A stretch of 59,933 nt of DNA, filler included, from Sphacelaria rigidula (lineage: Eukaryota), in assembly GCA_964200075.2 (NCBI GenBank). It is 6 parts of 6 records of this genome, joined end to end, with 100 filler letters (N's around TTAATTAATTAA, not from the genome) between each part and the next. Parts side by side here need not be neighbours in the genome. Positions count along the whole stretch, not along the records: positions 40,024 to 49,928 come from CAXNAA020007515.1; positions 50,029 to 59,933 come from CAXNAA020007516.1; 4 more parts are not named here. One strand, 5' to 3'. Positions 47,610-59,933 of the stretch are shown here, piece after piece. The position numbers were made by a program, and so were the translations under genes. The notes beneath the pieces were generated by a model that saw only the letters and a list, made by a program, of their open reading frames with translations, was not told the origin of the DNA and searched no databases. Numbering within the stretch: position 1 is the stretch's first letter; the number at the start of each line of letters is the position of its first letter.

Positions 47610-47750
47610 GATGTGCAAGTCAAGGGGACAGGAGTGCGTCTTCGAGCAGCGCCCGGCTCGCAAAAGTCAACACAAGAACCAGATCACACCGTCTGCTTCC
47701 AGGAAGACCGGAGCAGGGGGCAGTGGCGGAGAGCTGATGCAGTTGAAAAG
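47610..47750 (+). CDS. Zn(II)2Cys6 transcription factor, exon 2
   Basis: gcag|(T)MCKSRGQECVFEQRPARKSQ...MQLK(R)|gtgttt; in phase, completes C-x2-C-x6-C-x11-C-x2-C-x6-C. Confidence 0.82.
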
Positions 47751-48219
47751 GTGTTTAGTTATTCTTTTCTTTGCGACACTCGACCACTTCGTACCCATGC
47801 GAGCTTATGCCTCTCGAGCAAAGCGCCAGTCGTGAGTGACCCTTGCTGAAATTGTGTACGGTACCGTACCGCCCAGGTTGTATGAATTTCGCGGAGAGAT
47901 TCATTCGCTACGCTCCGTGAAAAAGCACGGAGGTATTGTACACTCGAAGGTCTCGAAACGCAGTCGCTTCCCCACTCGAGTCACCGCTGACTGCTGTCCT
48001 GTGAGGGCAGATGAAAAAAAACCCATCAAGAATGCCATGAGAGCCAAGAGTTGGCGAGAGGGTTGGAACTGTTTTTCAGCGGGGGAAATTTCGGCATGTT
48101 TCTGACTTGAATCAGGAGGAGGGATGTCAAACCACCGGGGTAGGATTCGCCCACTTCCCCCAGGCCGATAGTTGGACTATACTTTGAATACCGGGGCGAC
48201 GACACTGCTATGGGCTTAA

Positions 48220-48317
48220 CCCTTAGACCGCGCCATTAGTCTTTCTGGATCATGCATACTTTTTTCCACTTGAAATTGATGCCGATTCAACAGAAGACTA
48301 ACCTCGCGGTCTAAGGG
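48220..48317. mobile_element. 98-bp piggyBac-type MITE (also 1358-1455, 19472-19569, 44022-44121 and an inverted pair at about 49138-49346)
   Basis: TTAA flanks and TIR CCCTTAGACCGCG...CGCGGTCTAAGGG. Confidence 0.82.
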
Positions 48318-48479
48318 TTAACTGCTTCACTGCATCCTAATATTGTTACTATTATCAATCTTGTATTCGCGTTTCGAATGTCCGAAGGAGGGAAAGCCCC
48401 GCGGGTGAAAAGATGTACTGTAAGGACAAGTAGATTGCGGACGAAATTACACCGTAATGTCTGTATCCTGCTAAAACGG

Positions 48480-49125
48480 TCCTCCACAGATTACAACTAC
48501 TTTTATTTCTGTAGTAAATTGCTTCCTGTTCGCTCCGTCTTCGTCCTGTCGAGTTGTTATTGACGGGGCTGCTTTATTCAGACTTCTTCGGCCTCTTCGG
48601 GGAAAAAAAATGCTGCTGTACCTTGAGAATGTTGGACAGCAATTTTTTCCCCATGGACTACAACTACTTTAATCTCTGTGGTACATTGTACATCGCTCTC
48701 TGTTCGCTCCGTCTTCGTCCTGTCCAGCCGTTATTGACGGGGCTGTTTTATTCAGACTTTTTCGGCCTTTTCGGGGAAGAAGAATGCTACTGTACCAGAA
48801 GAGTATCAGACAGCATTTTTTTTTCCCAACTACTTTTCCCCCTGCGGTACATTGCTTTCTGTTCGCTCGGGGCTGTTTTATATTCAGAATTTTTCGGCCT
48901 CTTTGGGGAAGAAAACGTTACTGTACCCGAAGAATGTCAGACAGCAATTTTTTCCCCCTGGACTACAACTACTTTTTCCCCTGCGGTGCATTGCTTTCTG
49001 TTCGCTCCGTCTTCGTCCTGTCGAGTCGTTATTGACGGGGCTGTTTCATTCAGACTTCTTCTGCCTTTGCGGAGAAGAAAAAATGCTCTATTATATAGCA
49101 CCCGAAGAATGTCAGACAGCAAATT
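48480..49125. repeat. Tandem repeat, about 4 x 140-174 bp
   Basis: CTGTTCGCTC at 48526, 48700, 48858, 48998; GGGGCTG...TTCAGA in each unit. Confidence 0.9.
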
Positions 49126-49495
49126 TCAAATTTCCCCACCATTTTGACCGCGAGGGCAGGTCACCTGTGGAATCGGCATCAATTTTACTTGAAAAAGTAC
49201 GCGTGATCCAGACGGACTACCCGCATTGCGGTCTAAGGGTTACCCTTACCCTTTGGCCGCGGGGTTGGTCTTTCTGGATCGTGCATACTTTTTTTCACTT
49301 GAAATTGATGTCGATTCAACACAAGACTAACCTCGCGGTCTAAGGGTTGAGGAATAGGACAACTTTCAAGAGTATATATTAATACTGAGAAAATTTATTA
49401 TACGGTAGTGTTTCTTTATGTGAGAAGTCGGGAAATTTCCGGAAAAAATCGAAAAAAATCGAAAAAGTCTTGAAAAAGTAATGTCAACCCTTTTG

Positions 49496-49637
49496 GCACC
49501 GGACTCCCACAAACATGTGCTTTCCACAGGGGCCTTTCCGTGAGCCGGCATCATTTTTACTTGAAAGCGACTGAAAATGATGCCGACTCACCAAAAGGCT
49601 CCTAGGTGCAAACCACATGTTTGTGGGAATCCGGTCC
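49496..49637. mobile_element. Palindromic MITE family GGACCGGATTCCCA(C/G)AAACATG (also 36493-36615, 56489-56604, half copy 44881-44935)
   Basis: Long inverted arms; shared GAATCGGCATCATTTT motif. Confidence 0.68.
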
Positions 49638-50261
49638 CAAAACGAGGGAACGAAAAGAAATGTACGCGACCCTGACGCTAACCCTTATCCTAACCGCGAC
49701 CACGGCATACCAAGAACCCTCGGGCGAGGGGGGTGCAAATGTATTTCTCAAGCGAACTATGCTTTGTCAGAGCTCAAAAACGACGCGTTTGAGCCAATTT
49801 TAGACCAAAACACATTTGGACGAGCCGAGTCTACTGCTCCCCACTGCTCACCTGCCCCAAATTATGAATTTTCCACAGGCACCGTAGGTAAGGTACCGTA
49901 CCGAGCGTACCCCCGGTATTTACCGGGGNNNNNNNNNNNNNNNNNNNNNNNNNNNNNNNNNNNNNNNNNNNNTTAATTAATTAANNNNNNNNNNNNNNNN
50001 NNNNNNNNNNNNNNNNNNNNNNNNNNNNCGCTTGGTGATTGAGTGCGAGCCTGGTCCGGCGAAAACCCGGCGTGCTCCGTCCCGGCTTTGTAGGGATGCG
50101 ACATTCTTTCGATCAACAGAGTACACAAAAAATAGGATAAAATAAAAACAAAGACAACAGAAGAATAGGGGGGAAAATAGAAATGGCCTGCCTCTTCCAC
50201 ACTACGTACGAACTGCATTTGCTTGTGACCACAGTCATCGTCTCTTGTCTCTTCATCTTAC

Positions 50262-50435
50262 CTGGCGATTGTAAGGCCACATGTACGCGTCAGTCAAATC
50301 CAGCGAAGGGGGCAACAGCGACGCCCTCGGCGTATAGCGACTGAGCAGATGGAATGCTGCCACAACATCCAACGCCCCCGCTCCCTGCTCAAACACGCCA
50401 GCTCCGCTAACCATGTCAGCGGATTCCACCAACAC
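50262..50435 (-). CDS. MBTPS1: Site-1 protease, exon 6
   Basis: cag|VLVESADMVSGAGVFEQGAGALDVVAAFHLLSRYTPRASLLPPSLDLTDAYMWPYNRQ|gtaaga; FEQG.G and YMWPY motifs. Confidence 0.94.
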
Positions 50436-52075
50436 CTGTAAAGTGCCAAAGTCGCGGTATCACAGGGGCCAATTGTCAGGCCTTACCCCGCTGAATGCCA
50501 AATCGTCAATTTGAGTCCATGCATCCCACCTGCGGAACTCCCGCAACGTGGTTTTCGCGTGACAATGTTCTTGCAGGAGAGATTCCACGATGTGTTGGGG
50601 GTGGAAGGATCCAGTCGTTTTTCTTCCGTTTTTTTTTGTTTTTCCAGATTGCAGGGGTTTGACCATGTTCACAGCCCCGTCGCCCACCCACCCGCATTGT
50701 GGTACATTTCATGAGATTTCCCGTGCCATTGTGCGTACTTGTGTACAGCGAGCCGAGAACACTATCTACATATCAAATATATCGCTTGTAGTGTGCACCT
50801 AACATGAATCTCTCTTCAAACAAAGCTTGAATATGCTGCTACAACACTAGGGATGGCACTAAATGGGTCTGGCACCGGGCACCACGCAATACACGTTGTG
50901 ATGTCAGCACGCATGGTGCACCAAAACAGACAGGGGGTGTGAGCTATTGGGGCGGATTTACCGGCGTCGAAGGTCAGATTGACGCCGCGATCGCCGCCCC
51001 CATCCTCCCCCCCGAATCAGCCTCAAAACATATCAAGACGAAAAAGGTCATACAACGCTTGATAGCTTATTTCAGATTGCATGAAGCGCCTCATGTGGGC
51101 GACATAGGCGAAAATAATCCCGAGTGTAGGCGTTCCCATCTGCTCGGTGTGCTCGCGTTCTGTCGTTTTGATATCCATGCAGATCGTGCCTCCTCGAACC
51201 AGCCACTGTTCCGGCATGGGGGTTTACGCGCGGTATCATTCGTCAGCCGGCGACATTCTTTCGACGAGAGGTCTCGCGCCCGAGAATATTACACACCCTG
51301 GACAAAAAATACACCGTCGAAAAGAGTACCGCGTACTGTATCGACTACTGCGTATCTTGCAATAGATGATGCACGCCAACGGTACAATTTGTTTTTACTA
51401 TTTGAGCCATTGTTCAGGGTGTGGGATATGAACAGAATTCATGTGAGATAACTCACACATGTCTTACCTGTCCTACATGCTTGAAAAAAAACGTACTGAA
51501 GTACGAGTGTCGAATTGATGAGCGACAACATTTTGGAATACAACAATCCTGCTTTCAACTGTCCTTGAGCACGACAATCGGCAAACTCGCCTCGCTGCAA
51601 TCACTTCATGGACAATAAACCAGCTAAAAGAAGAGACAAGGAGCGAAGTTCAAAATCCTCGCCGGCTTTGCACGGAAGATAAATGCGGTAGAAATCGGCT
51701 GAGGTGCAAGGCAAGACTGCAGATCATGACAATACATTCGATAGTATGTCACGTATCCGGCAGTCCAATATCTGCCGCGTTCCGTTCACCCAACTGGGAC
51801 ATGATCGGCCACGTAAAACGCCTCCTTGACGGGTCTTAATGATGACAACATCGCTGGAATATTTGATTGTTTTCTGTCGCGGAAAGCGTGCGGACGCGAA
51901 TGAACGAAATATCGACATAAGTCTACGGATTGCGGGAGTACTGATCCGATGCCGGATTAAGAATTAAAAAAAATGTCATCGACCCCTTCACACAACGCGC
52001 TCGTCCCAAGCGACGGGGGGTACCCTCAAGCATGGCCATCTATTTTTTATACACCATGAATGAACAAGGTCTCGC

Positions 52076-52193
52076 CTGTTTGAGGCTCGCAGGGTTGATA
52101 AGATCCTTTCGTTTCTCCGGTTGTACAGTGCTCGCCAGAAGCGCGGCAGCTCCAGCCACTACAGGACTTGCCACGGAAGTCCCAGTCAGCCCA
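52076..52193 (-). CDS. MBTPS1: Site-1 protease, exon 5 (catalytic Ser; GC donor)
   Basis: cag|(S)GLTGTSVASPVVAGAAALLASTVQPEKRKDLINPASLKQ|gcgaga; 118 nt, phase 2/0. Confidence 0.94.
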
Positions 52194-53049
52194 CTGCGGA
52201 GAATATATAGCCAAACAGATGAGCAAGTAACGGGGTGATATAACAGCAGTTGAAGAGAGGACAGGTGGATCAACAATGCAGGCGAGAGCGAGAGAAAAAG
52301 AAAACAGCGGAAGCGAGGACACAATGGTACGAAGGCGTGAAAAACACCTGTCAGCAACATATCCAAACCAGTCACTGCTGTAATTTGGTTCTCGAATCGT
52401 ACAAGATACAGAGCAGAGAGAGAGAGAGAGAGCAGGTGAGAAAATAACACGCAGGAGCGAGGAAACATGGGAACAACAGTAGGAAACGCAAGCAGTTCAA
52501 CGAGTGGTTTCTTCAGTAGTTCAAGCAAGATTGATGAATCGACGAAGGGCCAACAAAAGCGCTTAGCGACAAACACGAAGCGGACAAAAGAATAACTAGG
52601 TTCCGCGGTGCTACAGTACTACCAAAAATATACAAAACAAATGGCGAGGAAAAAAAAAAAAAAAGTTTACAATGATGACAAAACAGGTACGAACACGATG
52701 GAGAACAAAGCGCGCTCAGAAAAAAAAACAGGAAGAACGCAACCCAACCAGTCGAACGAATTGGCGAATCAAAGCACCATGTAGCGCGTGCCTTCCGCAG
52801 AAAGCGGGTCCACTGATTCTGAATACGTTTTCGAAGAAGCCCTTACGTAGCACCCCCTTCGGTGAGACAAAAAAAGGGTGGGCCGCACAAGATATACGAG
52901 TAGAGGGGTTGTGTCCCCCCTATCTTTGCTTCTTAGCTTGACCACGCCGTTTCTATTCTCACACTTTAGCGAGACTACACAGAGGAAAACATGCAGGTGT
53001 TCAACAACAACAACAACAACAACACAGGATCAACCAGTTCCGCACTCAC

Positions 53050-53161
53050 CTGCACTCTCCATTTTTCCCTCCCGCCTTGGGACCAAGCACATGCTGGCCT
53101 GCAGCGATAATATCTGGCTTCACTCTTCCGTACCCGTCGGGAAATTCCCACGCTGTCATAC
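53050..53161 (-). CDS. MBTPS1: Site-1 protease, exon 4
   Basis: cag|(G)MTAWEFPDGYGRVKPDIIAAGQHVLGPKAGGKNGEC(S)|gtgagt; 112 nt, phase 1/2. Confidence 0.94.
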
Positions 53162-55117
53162 CTGACGACAAATATATCCGATACTGAAATTTCTGCTTCT
53201 CTGGAAAAGTGGCCGGAACGCTATATTTCGGAACATTTTTTGCAGACGCGCAACAGCAGCTTGTATACACGCAGCACCTTGGCGACATGTGCGTGCTCCG
53301 GAACAAGTTTTTGTAGTATATTTCGTCACTGTTTGGAAGCTGTTGATGAGGCGCTACTACGCTCGAGAATAACATGCAACCTTCTCTCAGTCCCTAGACG
53401 TTTCCTTCATTTTCGGGGTTATACAACAGTCATACTCGGTTGCGAACAGTCGTGTCAGGAAGGCTGACGTGATCGCTCAGCACGCAGATGACTATTTTCA
53501 CGTCCATATTAGCAAAACAACTGTGTTTTATGGCCGGTGGCGAGACCAACTCTTCAGGAAGGGACGTCACGATAACGATACGGGTGAGCGTTTGAACAGT
53601 TCTGAAACCGAACGAGTTTTTCAATTTTATTACCAGCTCAAGGTCTGCACCGAATCCATCTCACACCTCCCGGACGCGCACGTTTTTGGAATTAGTATGA
53701 TTCCCTCTATTTTCATCATGAAACTCGCTGTAGATCTCAAGAAACCACCCAGGCGGATTCCGTTACTGTACTCGTAGGTCAATCCATTTTTTTAAAATAG
53801 AGGGAAGGGGGAAGGGTTGATCGCTTGCCGCCCAAGACGCTCATCAAAACGACAGTATTTACAAACTTCCAGCGCTTAGTCGCAACCTCCTTCCACGGCC
53901 TCAGGTCTTGCCCGGCAACCTATCTGAAGCCCTGTCGGGGGTCTGTCGAGGTCACTTTGAACCCCCCCCCCCCGTTCCTGCTCCGTCTCGAAAGGCATGC
54001 GTGGTCAATGGTCAAACGACTAAGGCAAGCAAGAAATGAGTACGCGCCCCTCCCCCCGCCCCCACCCAACTCCTACATTCCTCGGGACGCGTCCATGGCC
54101 TCAATGAATCAACCCATCTTCCCCCCGGTACACGCCTCCTTACATTATGGTCTCCATTCAGACCGGTATTTGCGATCGATTTATTCTGTTTCTGTTTCTG
54201 TTGTTCTGCTTTGTTATTTTTTGTCCTCTCTCTCCTCGACTTTTTCCTTCAGCGAGCATTTCCTTTCAATACCTGTCGGTTCGTCCATGCCAGCACCACG
54301 GCTGGGTTCGGTATGCATCATCTATTGTTCATGAAAGATTGATAAACCCCTGAGAGAAAGCGCGATCGATCAAGTACTTATATGGCGAACAACCGACGTT
54401 CAATACTGTAGTACAATACTCATGTAGTACTTTTTGTCGAGCCACTTCACCCTTGTGCTACAGTCGGAGAGTTCCGAGGTCATCGTCATGCTTCTGCAGT
54501 CGAAGGAACAAAAAAATGAGAAACCAAGGCAGAGTTCGCTGCAGTACAGGCGTGATTTCGGAACGATATCATGTACGTCATCAGCACCTGCAAACTCCAT
54601 TCCGAGGGGTAGAGAGGCACGTTTGCGAACGACCAACCCTACTTCCTGGCCTTTTTTTTTTGCGTTTCTCCCCGAACTCCAAAGGCAAGAAGACACCGCA
54701 CGAATGCAGCAAACAACAAACCCCCCCAAGAAATTGACAGCTTAACCTGGTAAATCGTCCAACTAAATATAGCGTACTTCATGTCCAACCCACTACCCTT
54801 GCGGGTTGGTCACCGCGCGTGTCCCTTGTCATATGCACCTGGCGCAAAGCTACTGGGGACTGCCGGCAAAAGATGGGGCGGGGAGGGGGGCGGGCGGGGA
54901 ATAGACCGGGTGTTCCGAAGATCACGTCACTCGCGACTTGCGAGTCCCCTCAACTTTGAAAAAAGTGAAATGTTTAATCGCTGATATAAGAGATTGGGTG
55001 TTAACGTGTGCACCCGCGCCAAACAAGTTCGGGTGTGGATTTCAGTTCCGAGACAGGTCTGATTGACCTGCGAGAATAAAATGCAGAGCTCAATCAATTA
55101 ATTTATTTCCGTCTTAC

Positions 55118-55202
55118 CCCGGGACTGGAAGTGGGCGACCTTCTTCCCGCCGGGGTGGAGGGCCCCTACTCCGATCGTGTCGGCTTGGTCTGCAGGATTA
55201 TG
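55118..55202 (-). CDS. MBTPS1: Site-1 protease, exon 3
   Basis: cag|HNPADQADTIGVGALHPGGKKVAHFQSR(G)|gtaaga; 85 nt, phase 0/1. Confidence 0.92.
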
Positions 55203-56099
55203 CTGCCACCGATAGCAATAGCAACAGTAACGGCAGATCTTGTGATTACCGGAACATGTTGCGCAAAGTCACTCGTGTGATGTGTGCAGTATGTGTATAC
55301 GCCGCAGAAAAAAAAAATACCTTGTGGTTGTCGGAGAAAGCGCAATATTCGTATGATTTCGTATGTTTGAACATGAATAAATAGGTGTGATTTTGAAAAT
55401 ATATTTTTTGCCTTTTTCGAACCAAGATCGCGTCATATTTTTTATACCATACTGTGCTCCAGGCGAATATGGAGACACGCGATCTACGATGTCCTGTTTC
55501 AGGGATGTGGTCTACGAAGCCAAAATCGTCTTTTTCTGACTCTACAAGTATTGCACGGCAATCCTGGTCGGCGAGATTTTGGTCAAACAATGTGCACATA
55601 AATGTACCCATGCGTGCTGCGGGTGTCTATCAAATCAATTGTTTAATTTTCTTGTCTACTTGGAATGATAGCGTATTTCTTTCACACACACATATATATA
55701 TATAGTTTTTTTCAAACAGAACGTATCTTCTGCCTCAAAACGAGTGGGATTGTTGTGCCTCAGCGTAAAAATACACCATACCTGTAATTACGCACCTTAC
55801 ATGCACGTATATCACAACCGTAACGGCAGCGGCGTATGACCACACATGCACACGGGTGGTGGTAACGAACGACCTTGGTGCCCTATCTGCTCGGGGACGC
55901 GTTTTGAAAGAGGAATCCAAAAATACATGCATGGGCAGAAAGTATTCCCATTGCAGACTTCGCATAGCCCATCGATTGGTTGGTTTCATTCTTCCTTGTG
56001 GAGAACGGCTGGTTCCCAACGGCAAAGTGCTTGTGGAATTTGGACCCTAGGTTGGTGGCACGTGCAAATATCAATTCAGTTCACCAGGCGCACGAATAC

Positions 56100-56174
56100 C
56101 TGTGTGCCGTACAGAGGCCCGTCGTTCCCCACAGCAGATACCACGAGGATACCGTTCGCCGAAACTTCTCGAAC
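56100..56174 (-). CDS. MBTPS1: Site-1 protease, exon 2 (oxyanion Asn)
   Basis: tag|VREVSANGILVVSAVGNDGPLYGTQ|gtattc; 75 nt. Confidence 0.93.
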
Positions 56175-58514
56175 CTAGAAAAAGGACAGAACACGAATGC
56201 GCCAGGCGGCAGTGACGACAGTAGCATCTGTTTCGTCGGCATCACAGTAGAGCTACAAGGTCATGATCCAACATTTTTGTTACAGCATCTCAAAATTTGC
56301 CACATTCGTGTCCAGGAAGTGGTACATGGTCACGATCCACCGCATGGTCATCGAACTCGGCATACGATACCACCTAAGATCTTAGTAGTGTGAGCAATGC
56401 TACCGTAGGGGTTGCACTTTGTGTTTCTGTCTCTCGTTTTTGTAGGAGCCCAAATGTATGGGGCTTACTGTGCAACCCAAATCTCCGTGGACCGGACTCT
56501 CAGAAACATGGTGTTTACATGCAGGGGCCTACCTTTACGTGAATCGGCATCATTTTCAATCTTTTTCAAGTAAAAATGATGCCGATTCTAAAAATAACCG
56601 GTCCAACACCCCGAGCAGCCCCGAGGAAAACGTGCAACCCCTAACGTAGCACTGCTCTAGTGTGTACTCTTCCCCTGCGAAAGTGTGGAGGGCGATTGTT
56701 TCCAGCCAAAAAGTACGATGTGAACAGAAATGGCGTGTCTTTTTTGCTGCGAGGAATCTTTCAGATCCCGACGTAGGGCTTGGGTAATGGGTGTAGTGTG
56801 AAGATGCAAATCGAGAAGTGCAGCGAAAAAGGTTAACACCGTTGGGGGACGGCAGCAGGACGTAGCATGCATGCCTTGTCGGCAATCTACCGATGCGGTC
56901 CGAATATGACAGTCCTTCTGTGTACGGTAGCTCCACTGTGCTACAAGGTCATGACCCAGTGTACGTGCAAAGTCAGCACAATAGTGTAATGTAAGGTGAG
57001 AACCCACCCATTTCACATATATATACATCATATTTCAAGATTGTGTTGGGAAGGGTATTTGCTACTATTAGGTATTTCGAAACATCGCACTCCAGGTACC
57101 CGAACCTCGGGTAGAGTATTGGAATAGTACTCAACAATGCCCAGATACTGGGAGGATCGTACCTAACTCCACCATTTGGGTCGACTTTGGAGATCGGACC
57201 ATCGCAACACAAACTTCGGGACAGTAAAAATCCGGCTATTTACTTTACCTAGCTCACACACCCTTGGAATGGACTGATTCCGCGGTCATTACACTCACCG
57301 TTTAGAATCTTACGGTGCTTTGGCTTACGTGCTACCCGTTTTAATCCCTTCATCATCTCCCACCTTAAAACCGTGGGTCGAACGAACAGAACAGTGCGCA
57401 GGATGAGAGCAAGTACAGCCTTGACCAGCGAGACATCGCTAGAACGCTACAGTTAGCGTAATGCTCGTAGACCGGGTGGCAGTACCGCTTCTTTTTCTCC
57501 ACACACTTTGAACCCCTCCCTTTCCTCGAGACGAGCCCGTGGTCTCAAGGGATTAACCCATCTCTCCCCGGTACACGTCTTGCATTTTGGTCTCGCGGAT
57601 TGGATCATGACTATCAGCACGCCCGCACCGTGTTAACCCTCGTCAAACAAAATCAGCCAACCAACTTTTGTTTACTCAAGTACTCACACAATCGACGGTG
57701 GACGTCAGAAGCTTCGAAGAAAATACCCAAACGCATCTGGTGGGATCCGAGCCCGCGTTCCCTCCACCCAAACGGTAACAGTCAGACCATCACACCATCG
57801 GGGCGCGGCAGCTTTTGATTTCATTTGATTGATTGTTGCCCTCCGACCGACCTCCCAGGGATCAAGTGGTGGTCACACGATGAAAGGTACCCTAGACCAA
57901 ACCAAACTGAAACGACACCTGAAGAAAAAAAAATAACTAGAAAAGGTAAAACAGAACAACATGGTAGACGAAGACATGAAGAAAATAAATTAATAAAATG
58001 GAGAGAAAAGAAAGAGTATTACACAGCGTTAACGTTGGACGTACGTAAACAGCGCAGAGGAACGAACGGAGCTTCAACGGATAAGTACCGGCAGAGCAGA
58101 TGACAAATGGAACATGAACAGAACCTACAATATCAGGTCAAAACAGGTGAAGTTACGCCTGAATAAAGATCAGCGACCGAATCACGTTCCAGCGGTAAAA
58201 CCTGCCGACATATGGCCCAGCCTATATCGAAATTCATCCAAATCAGCAGAGGGCACAAGTTGTGCGGCACCCCCACTTGTGGCCGCGGCACAACCCTCTG
58301 TGACCAAAAATTCGATTTCGGCCGTTTTATTATTTCTGATTCCGCCGCACATGTCACCCCCAATTCTCTACACTTCGCAGGTGATTACAGCTTGGTACCT
58401 CGTTTGATGGGAGCTTGTCAGATGAGTACTTGTAAGATGACTCCACACGGACACGACGAGATAGATGGGATACATCGGCCTGTCATCATCCACAAGACGA
58501 GGTGAAATACGTAC

Positions 58515-58631
58515 CTTGTCGACGAAGGGCTCATCTCGGAAGTCGGGACCTCCAATGCTGAGATTGATGATATCCACCCCCAGGAACATAGCGTGGTTGA
58601 GAGCATCCAGGAACCACGACGTATACGACAC
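58515..58631 (-). CDS. MBTPS1: Site-1 protease (SKI-1/S1P, subtilase S8), exon 1 of 6 visible (gene partial, 50262-58631)
   Basis: cag|[39 protein letters not shown]|gtacgt; S1P-typical SYTSWFLDA and NLSIGGPDF. Confidence 0.95.
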
Positions 58632-59933
58632 CTGGACACCGCGACGCCAGTCCAGATTGTATACTCAATTTCCATTTCAATTTATTTATATCACACTTTG
58701 AACCCCTTCCTTTCCTCGGGACGGGTCCACGGTCTCAAGGGATTAACCCATCTCTCCTCGGTCTCAATGAATGGAAAAAAAAATGGTTTGGACAGGGCGG
58801 GTGTTGCTCAGCATGACACATAACCTGCAACACTGAGTACATTTGCAGTGGGTACCCCACGTACCCTGGAGTAGATGGTACGGCACACGCTCTGAACGCC
58901 ACCAGGCTCTTGGGTACGTTACCCTACCCAAACCACCTCTTGAACCACAGCGAAAACGCAACTCTGTTCCGTCTGATTGATGTCTTTTGTTCGGTTTTAT
59001 ACGCGTTGAACACACCTTTTTGCCTGCCATTTTCACTTGGTTTCAGAGTGCTGGCATCTCTCTTTTTTTTCCAAATATTATTTTTGGCTTTTGAGTTGAC
59101 AGTCGCGGGCGAGAGGCCGATTTCGGTTGGTTATTCTTGGATCTGTTGAGTATTCGGTTACTTCAGAATTTCGAACATAGTGTACCCTCCCCATCCAAAA
59201 ATAGGTGTGAAGGAAACGTTCTCCGCTATGCCCTTTTGAGAAGGTGTGCCACAGGTCTCAAAGAGGATTGACACATACCATAGAAATCAAACCTGAGCCT
59301 TATCCAAATAACCCAAGCTACAGAAAACCTTGCCCTAAAACAGCACAAGCGTGACCGTACGGTCGTACGTCTCTGGAAGACTCAAAAGCTATGAACGGTG
59401 TACAGCGCGAGCTCACAACTTCACTTATTTTCAATGGAAAGCATACATTCACGTCAATGTTATATTCTTCGTATGCAAGAATCAGCGTTTCAGAACACAG
59501 GACCTGATATCTAGAAGACGTGAGGATACGAAGCACATTGACGCCCGAGGCAACACGCTCAAAAATGCTTCTTACATGCGACAACAGAACACGACCCATG
59601 GATCTGTTTATCCATGTCTAGATGATCGTGCAGAACAGTTGATATTTTCGCATGTCGAAGGAAAACAAGCGATATTGGCGTCAAGGAACACGCACGCTTC
59701 TCCTATTAACTGGAAAGCCGAAACACCAAGTATGCACAAAACATGAGTTCAAGAGCTCTTGACGCTCCCGTGCCCAAAGAATTACCTCCGTGACCGCATG
59801 CATAAAGCTGATATCTTCCCATCGGGACCGTGGACCGCGTGGGTTTGTGCCCCCACCGATCCCATCGTGCATTAGGGGGGGTGTTCTCATGATCATGCAT
59901 GTCTATAGTCATAAGACCATTGACCTCGCATCC

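Noticed and set aside
45848..50435. Zn-cluster gene nested antisense in an S1P intron
   Set aside because: An artificial spacer at 49929-50028 separates them; they are on different contigs

Overview
Eukaryotic, intron-rich, repeat-rich DNA. Short exons, kb-scale introns and the repeat landscape suggest a brown alga (inference only). The window is not one locus. It is six contigs of 9907/9906/9905/9905/9905/9905 bp joined by identical 100-bp spacers (44 N + TTAATTAATTAA + 44 N), so links across spacers are not evidence of linkage. Hand splicing gave phase-consistent partial genes. C1 (1-9907): four exons of cullin-3 (-). C2 (10008-19913): first coding exon of an Ssn6/Cyc8-like TPR protein with a Q48 tract (-). 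C3 (20014-29918): six exons of a protein with tandem RPEL-like motifs followed by a probable PH-domain start (-). C4 (30019-39923): a DIRS/Ngaro-type tyrosine-recombinase retrotransposon (RT-RNase H-YR, -), a perfect 53-bp-arm palindrome and a possible decayed Zn-finger gene. C5 (40024-49928): a Zn(II)2Cys6 transcription factor whose cluster is split by an intron (+). C6 (50029-59933): six exons of site-1 protease (-). Introns hold several MITE families, tRNA-derived SINEs and LINE tails. I see no clear-cut novel multi-gene system. The best leads are the RPEL-PH gene, the Zn-cluster gene and the palindrome plus Zn-finger relic.
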